DNA from: Octopus sinensis
Lineage: Eukaryota
Assembly: GCF_006345805.1 (NCBI RefSeq)
Contig: NC_042997.1
Location: 171,864,001 to 171,928,000 of the forward strand
Direction of reading: 5' to 3'
DNA length: 64,000 bases
Shown here: positions 1 through 11,099 of the stretch, one piece after another
How positions within the stretch are numbered: the first letter of the stretch is position 1
How the letters are laid out: each line of letters begins with the position of its first letter
Program-made: the position numbers and the translations under genes
The notes under the pieces: model-generated
Told to the model about the DNA's origin: nothing
The model's database searches: none
The model's input: only the letters and a program-made list of their open reading frames with translations

Positions 1-195
1 CACCATTGCCGCTGTTGGAAGTGCTGTTGTTATTGTTACATTGCATTTTATATGCATTTATTTGTAAACAAATTTCTGTGTTTTGAGGCAAATTCAGTTG
101 ATTTCAAGGAGAAATTTTCAAGAATTGCTATGGGGAAAACATGTAAAGGAAAATAACAAAGAAATGAACGCACCCCCACCCCCCCACACACATAT

Positions 196-234
<39 letters not shown>

Positions 235-310
235 AATCGTCCTGCCCATGCTAGCATGGAAAGTGGATGTTAAGCGATGATGATGATGATGATGATGACA
301 TATATATATA

Positions 311-370
<60 letters not shown>

Positions 371-524
371 AGTGTGAGTGTGTGTGTATACATATATCAA
401 AATATCTCCCATAGAAATGTAATATGGTACAATGGCTATGGAATTGGATGTTGTGCATTTGTAGTAACCTTCTTAAGACCAAACTGTTGCAGAGGTAGCT
501 ATGGGAACAAGTGTATTCGGTCCT

Positions 525-780
525 TTACTCTTTCACAAAGCCCAGCAATGAAAGAGGCCTCTGTGTAGTGGCTTAACCTGCCAGAAATAGCAGCCAAACT
601 TTCCTCGAACCACACTCTACCATATTAAAAAGGGACGATGTACCTTAGCTGATGTTGTCCTGGATATGTTGTTTATTAGAAAAATATATGATGGCCACTG
701 TCAGAATGCCTATGGTCATAATTCTGGTCAGTCAGGGTTGATCAGTGAGCTAAATATTAATAACAAGGGAGGCTTCTACA
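525..780 (+). mobile_element. SINE-like repeat remnant (family E, ...CAACAACAA-type tail)
   Basis: Segment GAATGCCTATGGTCATA...CTAAATATTAATAACAA resembles 53160-53222 (GAATGCCTTTGGTCATAGG...CACAACAACAA). Confidence 0.45.
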
Positions 781-900
781 GAGTTAATCACAGTAATTGT
801 TTCTAAGATAAGAACAAAGCTTGAAATTTTGTTTGAGGAGAATAGTCTAGTATATATATATTAACTCATTTACTTGAAGGTGTCAGGGACATTGAAGGTG

Positions 901-1312
901 CTCTCTTTTACTCTCTTTTACTTGTTTCAGTCATTTGACTGCGGCCATGCTGGAGCACCCCCTTTAGTTGAGAAAATCGCCCCCAGGACTTATTCTTTGT
1001 AAGCCTAGTACTTATTCTATCGGTCTCTTTTGCTGAACTGCTAAGTTATGGGGATATAAACACATCAACATCAGTTGTCAAGCGATGTTGGGGAGACAAA
1101 CACAGACACACAAACACACACACACACACACATATATACACATATATACGATGGGCTTCTTTCAGTTTCCGTCTACCAGATCCACTCACAAGGCTTTGGT
1201 CGGCCTGAGGCTATTGTAGAAGACACTTGCCCAAGGTGCCACGCAGTGGGACTGAACCCGGAACTATGCAGTTGGTAAGCAAGCTACTTACCACACAGCC
1301 ACTCCTGCGCCT
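901..1312 (-). mobile_element. tRNA-derived CORE-type SINE, family A, full length
   Basis: Minus strand has a tRNA-like head (AGGCGCAGGAGTGGCTGTGTGGTAAG...GGTTCAGTCCC), CORE-like CCTTGGGCAAGT, an internal (TA)/(TG) tract and a (TAAAAGAG)n tail. About 10 homologues occur in the window. Confidence 0.9.
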
Positions 1313-1319
1313 AACAGTT

Positions 1320-1482
1320 AGTATGTTGGATTCATGATCATAAGATTGCAGTCTCTATCCTTGGATGGGTGATACATTGTCTTCTTGAGTAAAACATTTC
1401 ATTTCATGATGCTCCAGTCCACTCAGCTGGTAAAAAGGAGTAACCCAGCGATGGACTTACGTCCTATCCAGGGAGGAATATA
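1320..1482 (+). mobile_element. tRNA-derived SINE, family C (CTTGAGCAAGACACTT...CTCCAGTCCACTCAGCTGG type)
   Basis: Homologous to 48500-48692, 42130-42335 and 40650-40860. Its tail is interrupted by the MITE at 1483. Confidence 0.7.
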
Positions 1483-1719
1483 CAAGGTTGGCCAAAAGTC
1501 ACCTGACAGTAAATCAAAAACCATTTAATTCCAAGATTTATTTATGTATAACAACTGAATGAGACTTCACTAATTAACAGACAACTGTTGAAAAAAATGG
1601 TGATTTTAACTCACAGTATTCAATTATTAAACATTCATAATTGGAATGAATAAATGAAACTGAATATTAAGTGTTTACAGAATTTTGATTTACTGTTGGG
1701 TGACTTTTGGCCAACCCTG
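1483..1719. mobile_element. Tc1/mariner-type MITE
   Basis: About 37-bp imperfect TIRs (CAAGGTTGGCCAAAAGTCACCTGACAGTAAATCAAAA / TTTTGATTTACTGTTGGGTGACTTTTGGCCAACCCTG), with TA on the left flank. Confidence 0.8.
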
Positions 1720-1784
1720 TTTATGCCAGCCCTATGCTCCTTGTGGAGTAATGTGAATTAGACCTTTAGCATTCAGATTAAAAT

Positions 1785-2150
1785 AATAATAATGAAATTA
1801 TTGTATACAGTGCTCAGGTGCACCACAATTTGTCAAAACTGCATATAAAGCAAATGTAGTAATGTACAAATGTCTGGAAAGTGAACAGTGTATGAGTCAG
1901 ATACATGCTTGCGTGTGTATGGAGGGGAGAAAATCAGGTGTAGTGTTGGCGAATCTCAGGAAGCATGAAAGTTTTGAAGGATGCAGTGCTTCAACAACTA
2001 ACAACTGATGCTGGCAGTTTGTTCCATGCTTCAGCAACTCTTAGCGTGAAAAATGTTTCTGAAAGTCATGGGAGCTGTGATGTTTTCTGACTTTGTAAAC
2101 ATGTTCACGGGTGTTAGACAGGTGGAGTTTGAAAAGGTGCTCAGAGCTAT
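1785..2150 (-). mobile_element. CR1-clade LINE 3' fragment
   Basis: Minus-strand translation includes FFTLRVAEAWNKLPASVV...FK (CR1 ORF2 C-terminal motif), followed by a 3' UTR and an (ATT)n tail. Confidence 0.8.
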
Positions 2151-2749
2151 TGTTGGTAATCTGCCAAATGCAATGTTTATGCATTCACATTGTTTTTAAT
2201 TAAAAATTCATCTTCTCATAGCCTTGGGATTTAAATGATGTGATTGCTTATATTTAGAATAACATTGTATGGTAGGTGTGAGAGGCTAGATCTGGCTTCC
2301 TTGAACATAAAACAGACGAAATATTTGGACTAGATGTGGCTGTTTAAATGAAGATACTATATTTTATCAACCCCAGAAGATGAAATGCATAGTTGACTTT
2401 AGTAGAAATGAACTCAGAACATAAGGAGCTGGAAAAAATTACTGCAAAGTAATTCTTTTTTCTGACAATCTAATAACTTTGCCAATTTTCTGATTTCTCA
2501 CAAAGGTCCAAGGTCACAAACTTTAGAGTAGATTTGTAGACAACTGATTAATTGGTTGTGAAATAATTACTTTGTTTGACTTGTAACCATTTTATTGATT
2601 CTGGAAGATGAAAGATAAAGTCAATATCCTGGGATTTGAACTCTGAAAGTAAAAAGGTGTGATTAAATACCATAAAGCAATTTACACAGTGCTTTGCTAA
2701 TTCACTGTTATAACAACACCAACAACAACATCAATAATAATAATGGTTT

Positions 2750-2958
2750 CAAATTTTGGTACAGGGCCAACAGTTTTTGAAGTGGGGGATAAGTTGATTA
2801 CATTGACCCCAGTACTAGACTGGTACTTATTCTATCAACCTCGAAAGGACAAAAGGCAAAGTCCACCTCAGCAGAATTTGAACTCAGTATGTAAAGTCAT
2901 GAAATGGTGCTAAATATTTTGTCTGGTGTGCTAATAGTTCTGTAATTTCACTGCCTTA
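2750..2958 (-). mobile_element. tRNA-derived SINE, family B (Deu/Nin-like central domain)
   Basis: Minus strand carries CTGAGTTCAAATT...TTTGCCTTTTGTCCTTTCGAGGTTGATAGAATAAGTACCAG. Further partial copies lie at ~2365-2460 and ~2585-2710. Confidence 0.75.
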
Positions 2959-2961
2959 TGA

Positions 2962-2993
<32 letters not shown>

Positions 2994-3560
2994 GTATCTC
3001 AAAAGGCATGGTAGATCTGCACAATATATTCACTGGCTAATTTGCAAAAACCTGGACCTGCCCCATTATAAAAACTGGTGGGAACGCAAACCACCTCCAG
3101 CACTTAAAAATGAGCATATCTCACTCTGGAACTTCACCATTCAAACTGACAGAAAGATAGATGCAAAAAGGCCGACATTATATTGAAAGACTTCAGACAA
3201 AGAACATGCCTCCTCATTGAGATGACTGTCCCAATCAATATAAATGTATCTGTCAATACCTACCAAAAACTGAGCAAGTATAAAGATCTTGAAATAGAAA
3301 TTGGCAAAATGTGGAATCTGAAGACTAAAACAATACCTGTTGTCATAGGTGCCCTAGGAATGATAGCAAAAGGAGCTACCTAGCTCAGATACCAGGAAAC
3401 CCCAAAATGGCAGAAATTCAAAAGATAGTGCTTATAGGAACTGCCCATATCCTACATAAAATACTGTCTATGTAATCTCAAATTTTAAAACAAACTTATA
3501 ATTTTCTTATGTGTTCTTACACATTTTCTAGAACAATACTATGTACAAAACCAAGTATTA
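2994..3560 (+). mobile_element. R4/Dong-type RLE non-LTR retrotransposon, 5'-truncated 3' fragment
   Basis: RPDIILKD...KYKDLEIEIGKMWNLKTKTIPVVIGALG (PD-(D/E)xK restriction-like endonuclease). It abuts (AAT)n at 2962-2993. Confidence 0.85.
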
Positions 3561-5150
3561 TTGTCACTGCTATTTACCGTTGTCTTTATTACATCTGCAT
3601 GCCTCTGGCCACTTTGTATAGCTATCCACAATGATTAGATAGTATGCACCATTCACTGGGCCAGTGTAGTCGATATGTATCCTGGATCATGGGCTTTCAG
3701 TCTTTGTGCATAGACCTATTTTGTCTGAGAGTACTTGCAGAAACATTTTTTAAAACTTACTCTTCAGACGAATTATTTTTAGAGGGACAACCATTTGTGT
3801 TTGTACAATAGAAATTTATGGGGAGGTCCCATAAATTGACTAATTCTAACCAGTTGGTACCCAACAGATTGGTTGCATTTTTAACGATGAAGACTTTCTT
3901 TCGCCTTGTATGTTTTCCCTTTAAATGTGACATTAGTCCACATTTCACCTATGAAATTTAACTTGTCTCCCATCACGCTACGAGCAGATTTTACTGTTTT
4001 TCTCAACATAGGTTTCTCTATTTTCTTCCATATGTCTATATTTATTATTGAAATATCACTTCCAGTAACCAAATGAAGTTTAATATGTATTCCATTTGTT
4101 TTTATTCGTACAAATTTTCTTATTCGGGTGCCAGTTTCTGTTTCTGCTGAGAGCACTCAAAGATTTTTAACATTTGACCTTCATAATTTTGTTATACAGT
4201 GTGAACTCTTGTGACCAATTCTTTTGCAACTGTAAGATTTTTGATTTTTAAATGGACAATCTTTTCTGAAATGTGTGCACCTCACATCCAAAACATGGAT
4301 TAGGACGTGACGCTCTTTTTTTGTTGTACTTTTCTAGGTCAGCATATCTGTATTTTTGAGGAATCCTTTTCTTGAATTCTTTCTACATCATGTTTCTGGT
4401 TTACAATCCTTTGGCATTCTTCTGCCAAGGATTGTAAGGTTAGATCTTGGTTCGCTTGTTACGATTTAGAAATAATTCTTGCCTGAATTTCTATATCTTC
4501 ACTTACTGAAAGGCCTTGTATGAAAATAAAACACAAGAAATCTCAGGTGTAAGTTCTTTGAGTTCAAAACTTTTACACATCTTGTTGACTGTTCCTCCAT
4601 ATGTGATAAAATTCTCATTCTCTTTTTTCTTTATATTCCATCACTTCATTCTAGTGTTAAATAGAGACGTTTTATCACTGTGTATGTTAGATAGTAATTC
4701 TATTGTTTCTTTAAAACAAATTTCATTGGGTTTTGGGGTGATGTGAAATTACAGTAACTTTCATGCTCTAACAGAGCTAATTTTTGCAATAACAATCTCA
4801 CTTTTTGTTCGTCCGACCAAGATTTGTAATCTTGCTTAAAAATCTCATACCTTCTGTAGTACGATGCAAAAGTTATACCCTCCTCTGGGTTATGACTGAA
4901 TTCATTAATCGAGTTCAAAACTCCATCTGGTGAACACAAACTACCTCATATTTTTGACTTGTTTGAATATAGCTCCAATAATTGTTGTTGTTGTAGCTCT
5001 TGCTATAATAGTTGGTTCTACAACTCCTGTTGCTGCTCTTGTTGCTTTTGCAACTGTATCATGGAAGCTAATAGGTCTTCCATTATTTAACAAGTAGTAT
5101 CACAAACAAATTGTTAAATAACCTACATGAGCTTCGAAACCCTCGTCATC
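3560..5150 (-). mobile_element. Ty3/gypsy LTR retrotransposon, internally deleted (gag, zinc knuckles, protease, integrase stub)
   Basis: Gag-like frame at 4700-4939, CCHC remnants at ~4200-4290, retropepsin LVTGSDISII at 3881-4156, and integrase start SRIHIDYTGPVNGAYYLIIVDSYTKWPE at ~3600-3690. No RT or RNase H is present. Confidence 0.85.
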
Positions 5151-5152
5151 AG

Positions 5153-5400
5153 CTGTTGTAGTGTAATTTATTACGTACAATACATAAGATAACCAGACAA
5201 CAGTAAAAACAATGTTATGAACTAACAAATCTCTTTACAAACCAACAATCAGTATTCCTTCTGAAATAATCAACTGACACCATTCAACTTCACTGCAAAC
5301 TAACACAAACTTCACTTGACTCTCAAATCTGAACATACTTGGATCATTACTATTTATACTTTACTCAGACCAGTCTATCTTTCACAAGGGAATGTCATAA
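5153..5400 (-). mobile_element. Partial 5' LTR of the gypsy element, with adjacent PBS
   Basis: On the minus strand the LTR ends ...CTACAACA and is followed by GCTGATGACGAGG (5140-5152), a decayed TGGCGACGAG-type PBS. The other LTR end is not found. Confidence 0.55.
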
Positions 5401-7310
5401 CTCTCATCGCATCAAAGGTGAACATGACTCTGTTAACTTCTTAGATGTTACAATGGAGATTAAAAAGGGAATTTATAAACCCTTTAATAAACCCAATGAA
5501 AACATAAAATATAAACATATTGGAAGTAATCATCCCATATCAGTAACAAATTCACTTATACATAACATTTCATAAAGAATAAACAAACTGTCAGCCAATG
5601 AAAATATTTTCAAACTTAATGACAACTACTATAACTTGGCACTTAGGAAAGTAGGGTATAATGATAAAATTAAGTTTAATAAGTCAAATATTGAATCGGA
5701 TTTAAATAGTAATTTTAATATTGCAGACTTAAAATCTAGTACTATAAACAAATCTACTTAGAACAAATGTAGTAATGGAGATTTAAAGTAGTCAAGTTGA
5801 TAAAATAACCAGAGTAGGTGATTTTAGTAGCGAGAATAAAAAAGGTGAACAATTATGTTTATAACAAAAGGAAAAATCATAAGATTGTTGATAACCAGGT
5901 TAAAAATTCTTGCACAGCTAATGGAAATGTGGATGTAGTATTCTCTAATAAAATCTCAGATTCTTTTAATATAAAATTGCCTAAAAGATAAAAGTAAAAT
6001 AAATGGATCAAAATCAGAGAATACTTACTCCTTTGAAATCAGATATAAAGGTCAAAATTATGATGTTAACTCGAAGAATACTTTATGGTTAATCGTTCCA
6101 TTTGGAAAACAGGTCAATTACAATTTTTCCAAATTGTTTAATATAGCAATTGAAAAGTATTTTCCAAGAAACCACAGATATTACAAAATTTTTAATTAGC
6201 ACAAGATTAGATTAGGTTGTTGGCTTAGTTGTAAGGTTGCACAAATTATAGCAACACTTAATATTAAGATAATATCGAAATTACAAAAAAGTGATTACAA
6301 TCAGAATAGCATAATAGCGTCAAACAATAAAGAAACTCAAATAGAAGGAAGCACTAAAAAAATTAAATGTTGTAGAAAGGGAAACAACCCAATTTAACAT
6401 AAATAATAATGTCAAATTGAATAAAAGTTCAGCTAGAACTAGAACAAAGATAATCTTATCTAAAGGAGTAAATAGTAATAGAGAACTTGATGGAAATGAA
6501 TCTAATTCTACAATGAATGATCAAGTTGAAACTAAATCTGATAGAAATATAAAAGGCTATCTTTGCAATTGTTCTAAATGGGAATCCTGTTATTCGAAAA
6601 ATATGTGTAAAACTAAAAATGTAATATATGGATGTATAGTTATATCTGAGGGTAAGGAATTCATTTACATCAGTGGGACATCATTAATTTTCAAGAAGAG
6701 ACTTGTAAATCATTTTTTAGTTCATTTAAGGACAAAAATAAAAGGTTCCAAATGAGTCTTATCAAATTAATCTGGTCTTTCAAGGATAGTAACTATATGA
6801 TTTTCCGTGAGTTAATTTGTACAACAAAACCATACAGACCTGGAACCAATAGTTGTGACCTATGTTTGGAAGAATTTTACAAGATTTTCACATCCAAGGG
6901 TAATGTAATAAATTCTAGACAGGACCAAGCATTGAGATGCTTGCACATGAGCAAATTTACATTTTCCAAATATGAGTAATTACTATTCAAACTATACAAG
7001 GTTTTGAGATGATGGACTGAAAATGATTATCCTATAAGAACTTGAAATAGAGATTGTTTGCATCTGACTTAACAGACAACTCTACATTACACAACACTAA
7101 GTGTATAAAAGAAAATCATTAAACGGCCATACTAAGGGATATCAAGTTAAGACCCTGAAGAGACTGCACCATTTTATAGTAGTGTTGCAATTGGAATGAT
7201 TACTAATCAGTGCAATTGAAACGTGTTGGTCTTAATAGACAGTATATAATTATAGAATTAAAGGTAATGCTATTGCTACTTCAGAGTAATTCTTATTTTT
7301 AATATTGTCT
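5400..7310 (+). mobile_element. Penelope-like element (PLE), 5'-truncated: RT thumb, linker, GIY-YIG endonuclease, pLTR
   Basis: VNFLDV...YKPFNKPN...SNHP (PLE RT C-terminus). CNCSKWESC...C...VIYGC...FIYISG...RL..H and CDLCLEE...INSR...CLH (PLE GIY-YIG with CCHH motif). Multiple stops and frameshifts. Ends at (TA)n. Confidence 0.9.
7147..7235 (+). ncRNA. Type I hammerhead ribozyme in the Penelope pLTR (CpG-decayed)
   Basis: Stem I TTAAGACC/GGTCTTAA (8 bp), CTGAAGA at 7155-7161, stem II GACTGCAC/GTGCAATT, GAAA at 7218-7221, then CGTGTT. Confidence 0.85.
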
Positions 7311-7385
7311 ATATATATATATACACATGCACACATATATATGTATGTATGTATAAAAGTATACACATAAAAGTATATACATTAC

Positions 7386-7546
7386 AGAAGTGGCTGTGTG
7401 GTAAGTAGCTTGCTTACCAACCACATGGTACCAGGTTAAGCCTCACTGTGTGGCACCTTGGGCAAGTTTCTTCTAGTATAGTCTCAGGCCAATCAAAGCC
7501 TTGTGAGTGGAGTTGGTAGATGGAAACTGGAAGAAGCCCATCGTAA

Positions 7547-7604
<58 letters not shown>

Positions 7605-7823
7605 ATATATATGTTTGTGTGTCCGTGTTTGTCCCCCCAACATCACTTGACAACTGATGCTGGCGTGTTTATGTCCCCGTAACTTAGCAGTTCGGCAAAC
7701 GAGGCTGATAGAATAAGTACTAGGCTTACAAAGAATAAGCTCTGGGGTCAATTTGCTCGACTAAAGGCAGTGCTCCAGCATGGCTGCAGTCAAATGACTG
7801 AAACAGGTAAAAGAGTAAAAGAA
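7386..7823 (+). mobile_element. SINE family A
   Basis: Homologous over its full length to 901-1312, with an expanded internal (TA)n. Confidence 0.9.
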
Positions 7824-8289
7824 TCTTGTGTATCTTATCATCATCATAATTTTAACATTCACTTTTACATGCTCATATAGGTTGGATAGTTTTTGTCGAG
7901 GCACATTTGAAACAGAATTGAGGAAATATTAATAACCACCTAGCCTACAAACTCTGCCTCCATACAACATGAAGGTTAGAATTTCTAAATATTAATCAAA
8001 TTGCTCATAGAACAATGAACCTCTAGAGAGAAACATATAGAACAACAATCTTTGCACCTACTCACATCCTTCTGTGAACACCAAAACACAAGATAACAAA
8101 TTGCCATGCTAACAACACCTTGACATAGCAGACTAATAACCCTCACCTTCCAAATACAAACAAGAAATATCCTAAATAAAAACAAGTAAAGACTCTGACT
8201 AGTCAAAACATATTTACATTCTTTTGTAGATCCTTAAAAATTCCATTACAAATATGTTAAGACACCCAATTACTAGGTTTTTAAAAACT

Positions 8290-8590
8290 AAATTCCGGTG
8301 GCGCATAAAAAACACCATCCATACAGAGCCAATGCCAGCACCGCCTTGACTGGCTTCCATGTCGGTGGCACGTAAAAAGCACCAACCAATCGTGGCAGTT
8401 GCCAGCCTCCCCTGGCATCTGTGCTGGTGGCACGTAAAAAGCACCCACTACACTCATGGAGTGGTTGGTGTTAGACTGGAGCCTGGTGCAACCTCCTGGC
8501 TTCCCAGACCCCGGTTGAACCGTCCAACCCATGCTAGCATGGAAAGCGGACATTAAACGATGGTGATGATGATGATGATGATGATGATGG
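8290..8590 (+). mobile_element. RTE LINE 3'-UTR-only copy (family D)
   Basis: GTGGCACGTAAAAAGCACC units plus CCATGCTAGCATGGAAAGCGGAC...(GAT)n tail. The same sequence is contiguous with RTE ORF2 at 28101-28945 and 36928-39206. Confidence 0.85.
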
Positions 8591-9048
8591 GCTAAACAAT
8601 GAACCCTTTGACCTTTACATTATCAAAGTAAAGGATTAAATCCAATAAAACCAAAAATAACTGAAACTACTGGCATATCCTAGACCTACCTACATCCTAT
8701 TTGTGAACAACTAAAAAAAGTATCCCAATAACTGAAGTAGAGACACCTAAACATACACCCCTGCTAACAAAGTTCTATGTAGATGAATAAATTCTAAGTA
8801 TTAACACAACCACAAATTTAATAAAAAAAATTAGTCTAAAACACTTCTCTACCACAACCCACCCTACAACTTAATTACCACTCCACTCAAACCCACATAC
8901 CCAAGGAAGATTTTAACTCTAACAGAGACTATACAAAGCCAACACTAACTTCAAAGCATTGCACTCTGATGATAGGTTAACTGGTTGAAACTTTGAAGTC
9001 ACTGTCAATAATAAGCTTGTTTAAGAATAATAAATATATATATATATA

Positions 9049-9776
9049 AAGACCGAAACCGAGGTATGCATTTAAGTCTGTTTTTTATTTAATTTTTCAT
9101 ATGTCCTGCCCGCCAAATTTGGTTCTGGTGTTCGCTGAATTCTTCCTCTAGAGAATTTCCCTTGTAGTTTGATCGTTTATGATCTATTTCTAGCATTCTG
9201 GCCGGCTACCTAGCAGGCCAGCCCTGCCAATATACACATATATTTGAATTTTCTCTGACTCCTCAGATTTTTTGAATGCTGGACTACTGGTTTTAAATTG
9301 ATATTAAAATTAATATTAATTTATCTCCCTCAATTTTTAAATATTTAAATAAATACGTTCCCTAGTAGTAAGCTTTACCCGCAGTGAATTATTCACTGCA
9401 GCCCTTCGCTTCAGGAGTCTCTTAGCGCGCCGGAACCAAGACATTTGAAATTTTATTCCCGATGTAATCAGTAAGACTAAGCACGTGTCTGTCTTGACAC
9501 AGAGAGCTGGGGTTAGTCTTGCGGTTTGCATCTCGAGGACGACCGAATGTACTGAAGAAGTCACGGACACTTGAATTATGCAAGTAATTCTTTTGTTAAG
9601 ACCGAAACCGAGGTATGCATTTAAGTCTGTTTTTATTTAATTTTTCATATGTCCTGCCCGCCAAATTTGGTTCTGGTGTTCGCTGAATTCTCCTCTAGAG
9701 AATTTCCCTTGTAGTTTGATCGTTTATGATCTATTTCTAGCATTCTGGCCGGCTACCTAGCAGGCCAGCCCTGCCA

Positions 9777-9783
<7 letters not shown>
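9049..9783 (+). mobile_element. Non-coding hammerhead-bearing retroelement (retrozyme-like or non-autonomous PLE), 549-nt period, about 1.34 units
   Basis: Direct repeats at 9049-9235 and 9598-9783 differ by two 1-nt indels. A complete hammerhead spans the repeat junction, (TA)n lies on both flanks, and there is no credible ORF. Confidence 0.8.
9545..9622 (+). ncRNA. Type I hammerhead ribozyme, predicted cleavage after GUA at 9615
   Basis: Stem I GAATGTA/TGCATTT (7 bp, two G-U), CTGAAGA at 9552-9558, stem II (A)GTC...GAC(C), GAAA at 9604-9607, stem III ACC-GA-GGT, A17. Confidence 0.8.
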
Positions 9784-9827
<44 letters not shown>

Positions 9828-9984
9828 ATATATATTATATATATATATGTATGTATGTATATGTATATATGATAAATTATATATATATATATGTATGTAT
9901 ATGTATATATGATAAATATATATATATAATATATATATATATATGTATGTATATGTATATATGATATATAATATATTTACTTTC

Positions 9985-10370
9985 TAAATTCAAATTCTGC
10001 CAAGGTCGACTTTGCCTTTCATCCTATCGGGGTTGATAAATTAAGTACCAGTTGTGTACAGAGGTTGATCTAATTGACTGGCCTCCTCCCACCAAATTTT
10101 AGGCCTTGTACCTAGAGTGGAAAAGAATATACAATATATGTATGTATTTAAGACAGCAAGCTAACAAAATCATTAGCATGCCAGGTAAAATGCTTAGCAG
10201 CATTCTGTCCATCTTTACATTCTGAGTTAAAATTCCACCAAGGCCAATTTTGCCTTTCATACTTTCAGGGTTGATAAAATAAGTATTGGTTGAGCACCGT
10301 GGTCAATGTAACCAAATTACCCCCCTCTGTCTCTTGAAGTTGCTGGCCTTGTGCCAAAATTTGAAACCAG
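9985..10370 (+). mobile_element. Two adjacent SINE family B copies (9985-10125 partial; 10150-10370)
   Basis: Both carry TTTGCCTTTCAT...GGTTGATAAA.TAAGTA. Confidence 0.8.
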
Positions 10371-10407
<37 letters not shown>

Positions 10408-10474
10408 ATAAATATATATATATATATTTATGCACACACACACATACACACACACATACATATATATATATATG

Positions 10475-10840
10475 TAGCATTCGGGTAGTTTCCTTCATCA
10501 TAATTTAATTGTTTGTTCCTGTCTGGGCAATAAAAGGAATTTATATTTTTCTGTTGGTCAAACCTATTCATTCTAATAATGAATTCCTGAAGAAAAGCCT
10601 AATTTTGATTTCAAAAGTATTATTTTTTCAGTTTTGTTTTTGGAATTAATTAGGCTTGGAAACAATTTGTAGAATTTTATTGGATTTGTACCAACTTTGG
10701 ATTAAAAAATCATCTATGCCTATATTTTTTCCTTTCCTTATACTTTATACTGAATATGTAGTTTTTATATATTCTTTGCTTGGATTAAACTGGTGGACTT
10801 GGATGTTTAACATCCCTTTGAAGGATTTTGGTACTTCTTG
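10475..10840 (-). mobile_element. Highly decayed Penelope-like fragment
   Basis: Minus frame SKVGTNPIKFYKLFP...KLKK resembles the PLE linker. It ends in a degenerate TGATGA-AGG-AAACTA-CCC-GAAT motif next to (TA)n. Confidence 0.4.
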
Positions 10841-10877
10841 TATATATATATATATACATATACACACACACACATGC

Positions 10878-10917
<40 letters not shown>

Positions 10918-11099
10918 TATATATATTACATATATATAACACACACAAACACACATATGCATAGATATATATATACACATGCACAAACACACACATATAC
11001 ATATTATATATATATATATATATACACACATATATTATATAATTGTTAAAGAGGAGCCCTAGTTATCCATTACAGCACTTACATAGCTAATCGTTTAGA

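Noticed and set aside
5131-5155. Minus-strand CTGATGA-CGAGGGTTTC-GAAG as a hammerhead
   Set aside because: GAAG instead of GAAA and no stem I or III. The position next to the LTR end fits a decayed gypsy PBS.
7900-8950. C/A-rich stretches resembling a decayed LINE ORF2
   Set aside because: No recognisable motif could be read across frames.
8960-9010. CTGATGA...GAAACTTTGAAGTC hammerhead-like motif just upstream of the retrozyme-like element
   Set aside because: Core, stem III and GUC are present, but stem II does not pair and stem I is mismatched. It may be a decayed PLE end but cannot be supported.
9049-9783. TRIM or mini-LTR interpretation of the direct repeats
   Set aside because: No TG...CA ends, PBS, PPT or 4-6-bp TSD. 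The repeat starts inside a ribozyme motif.
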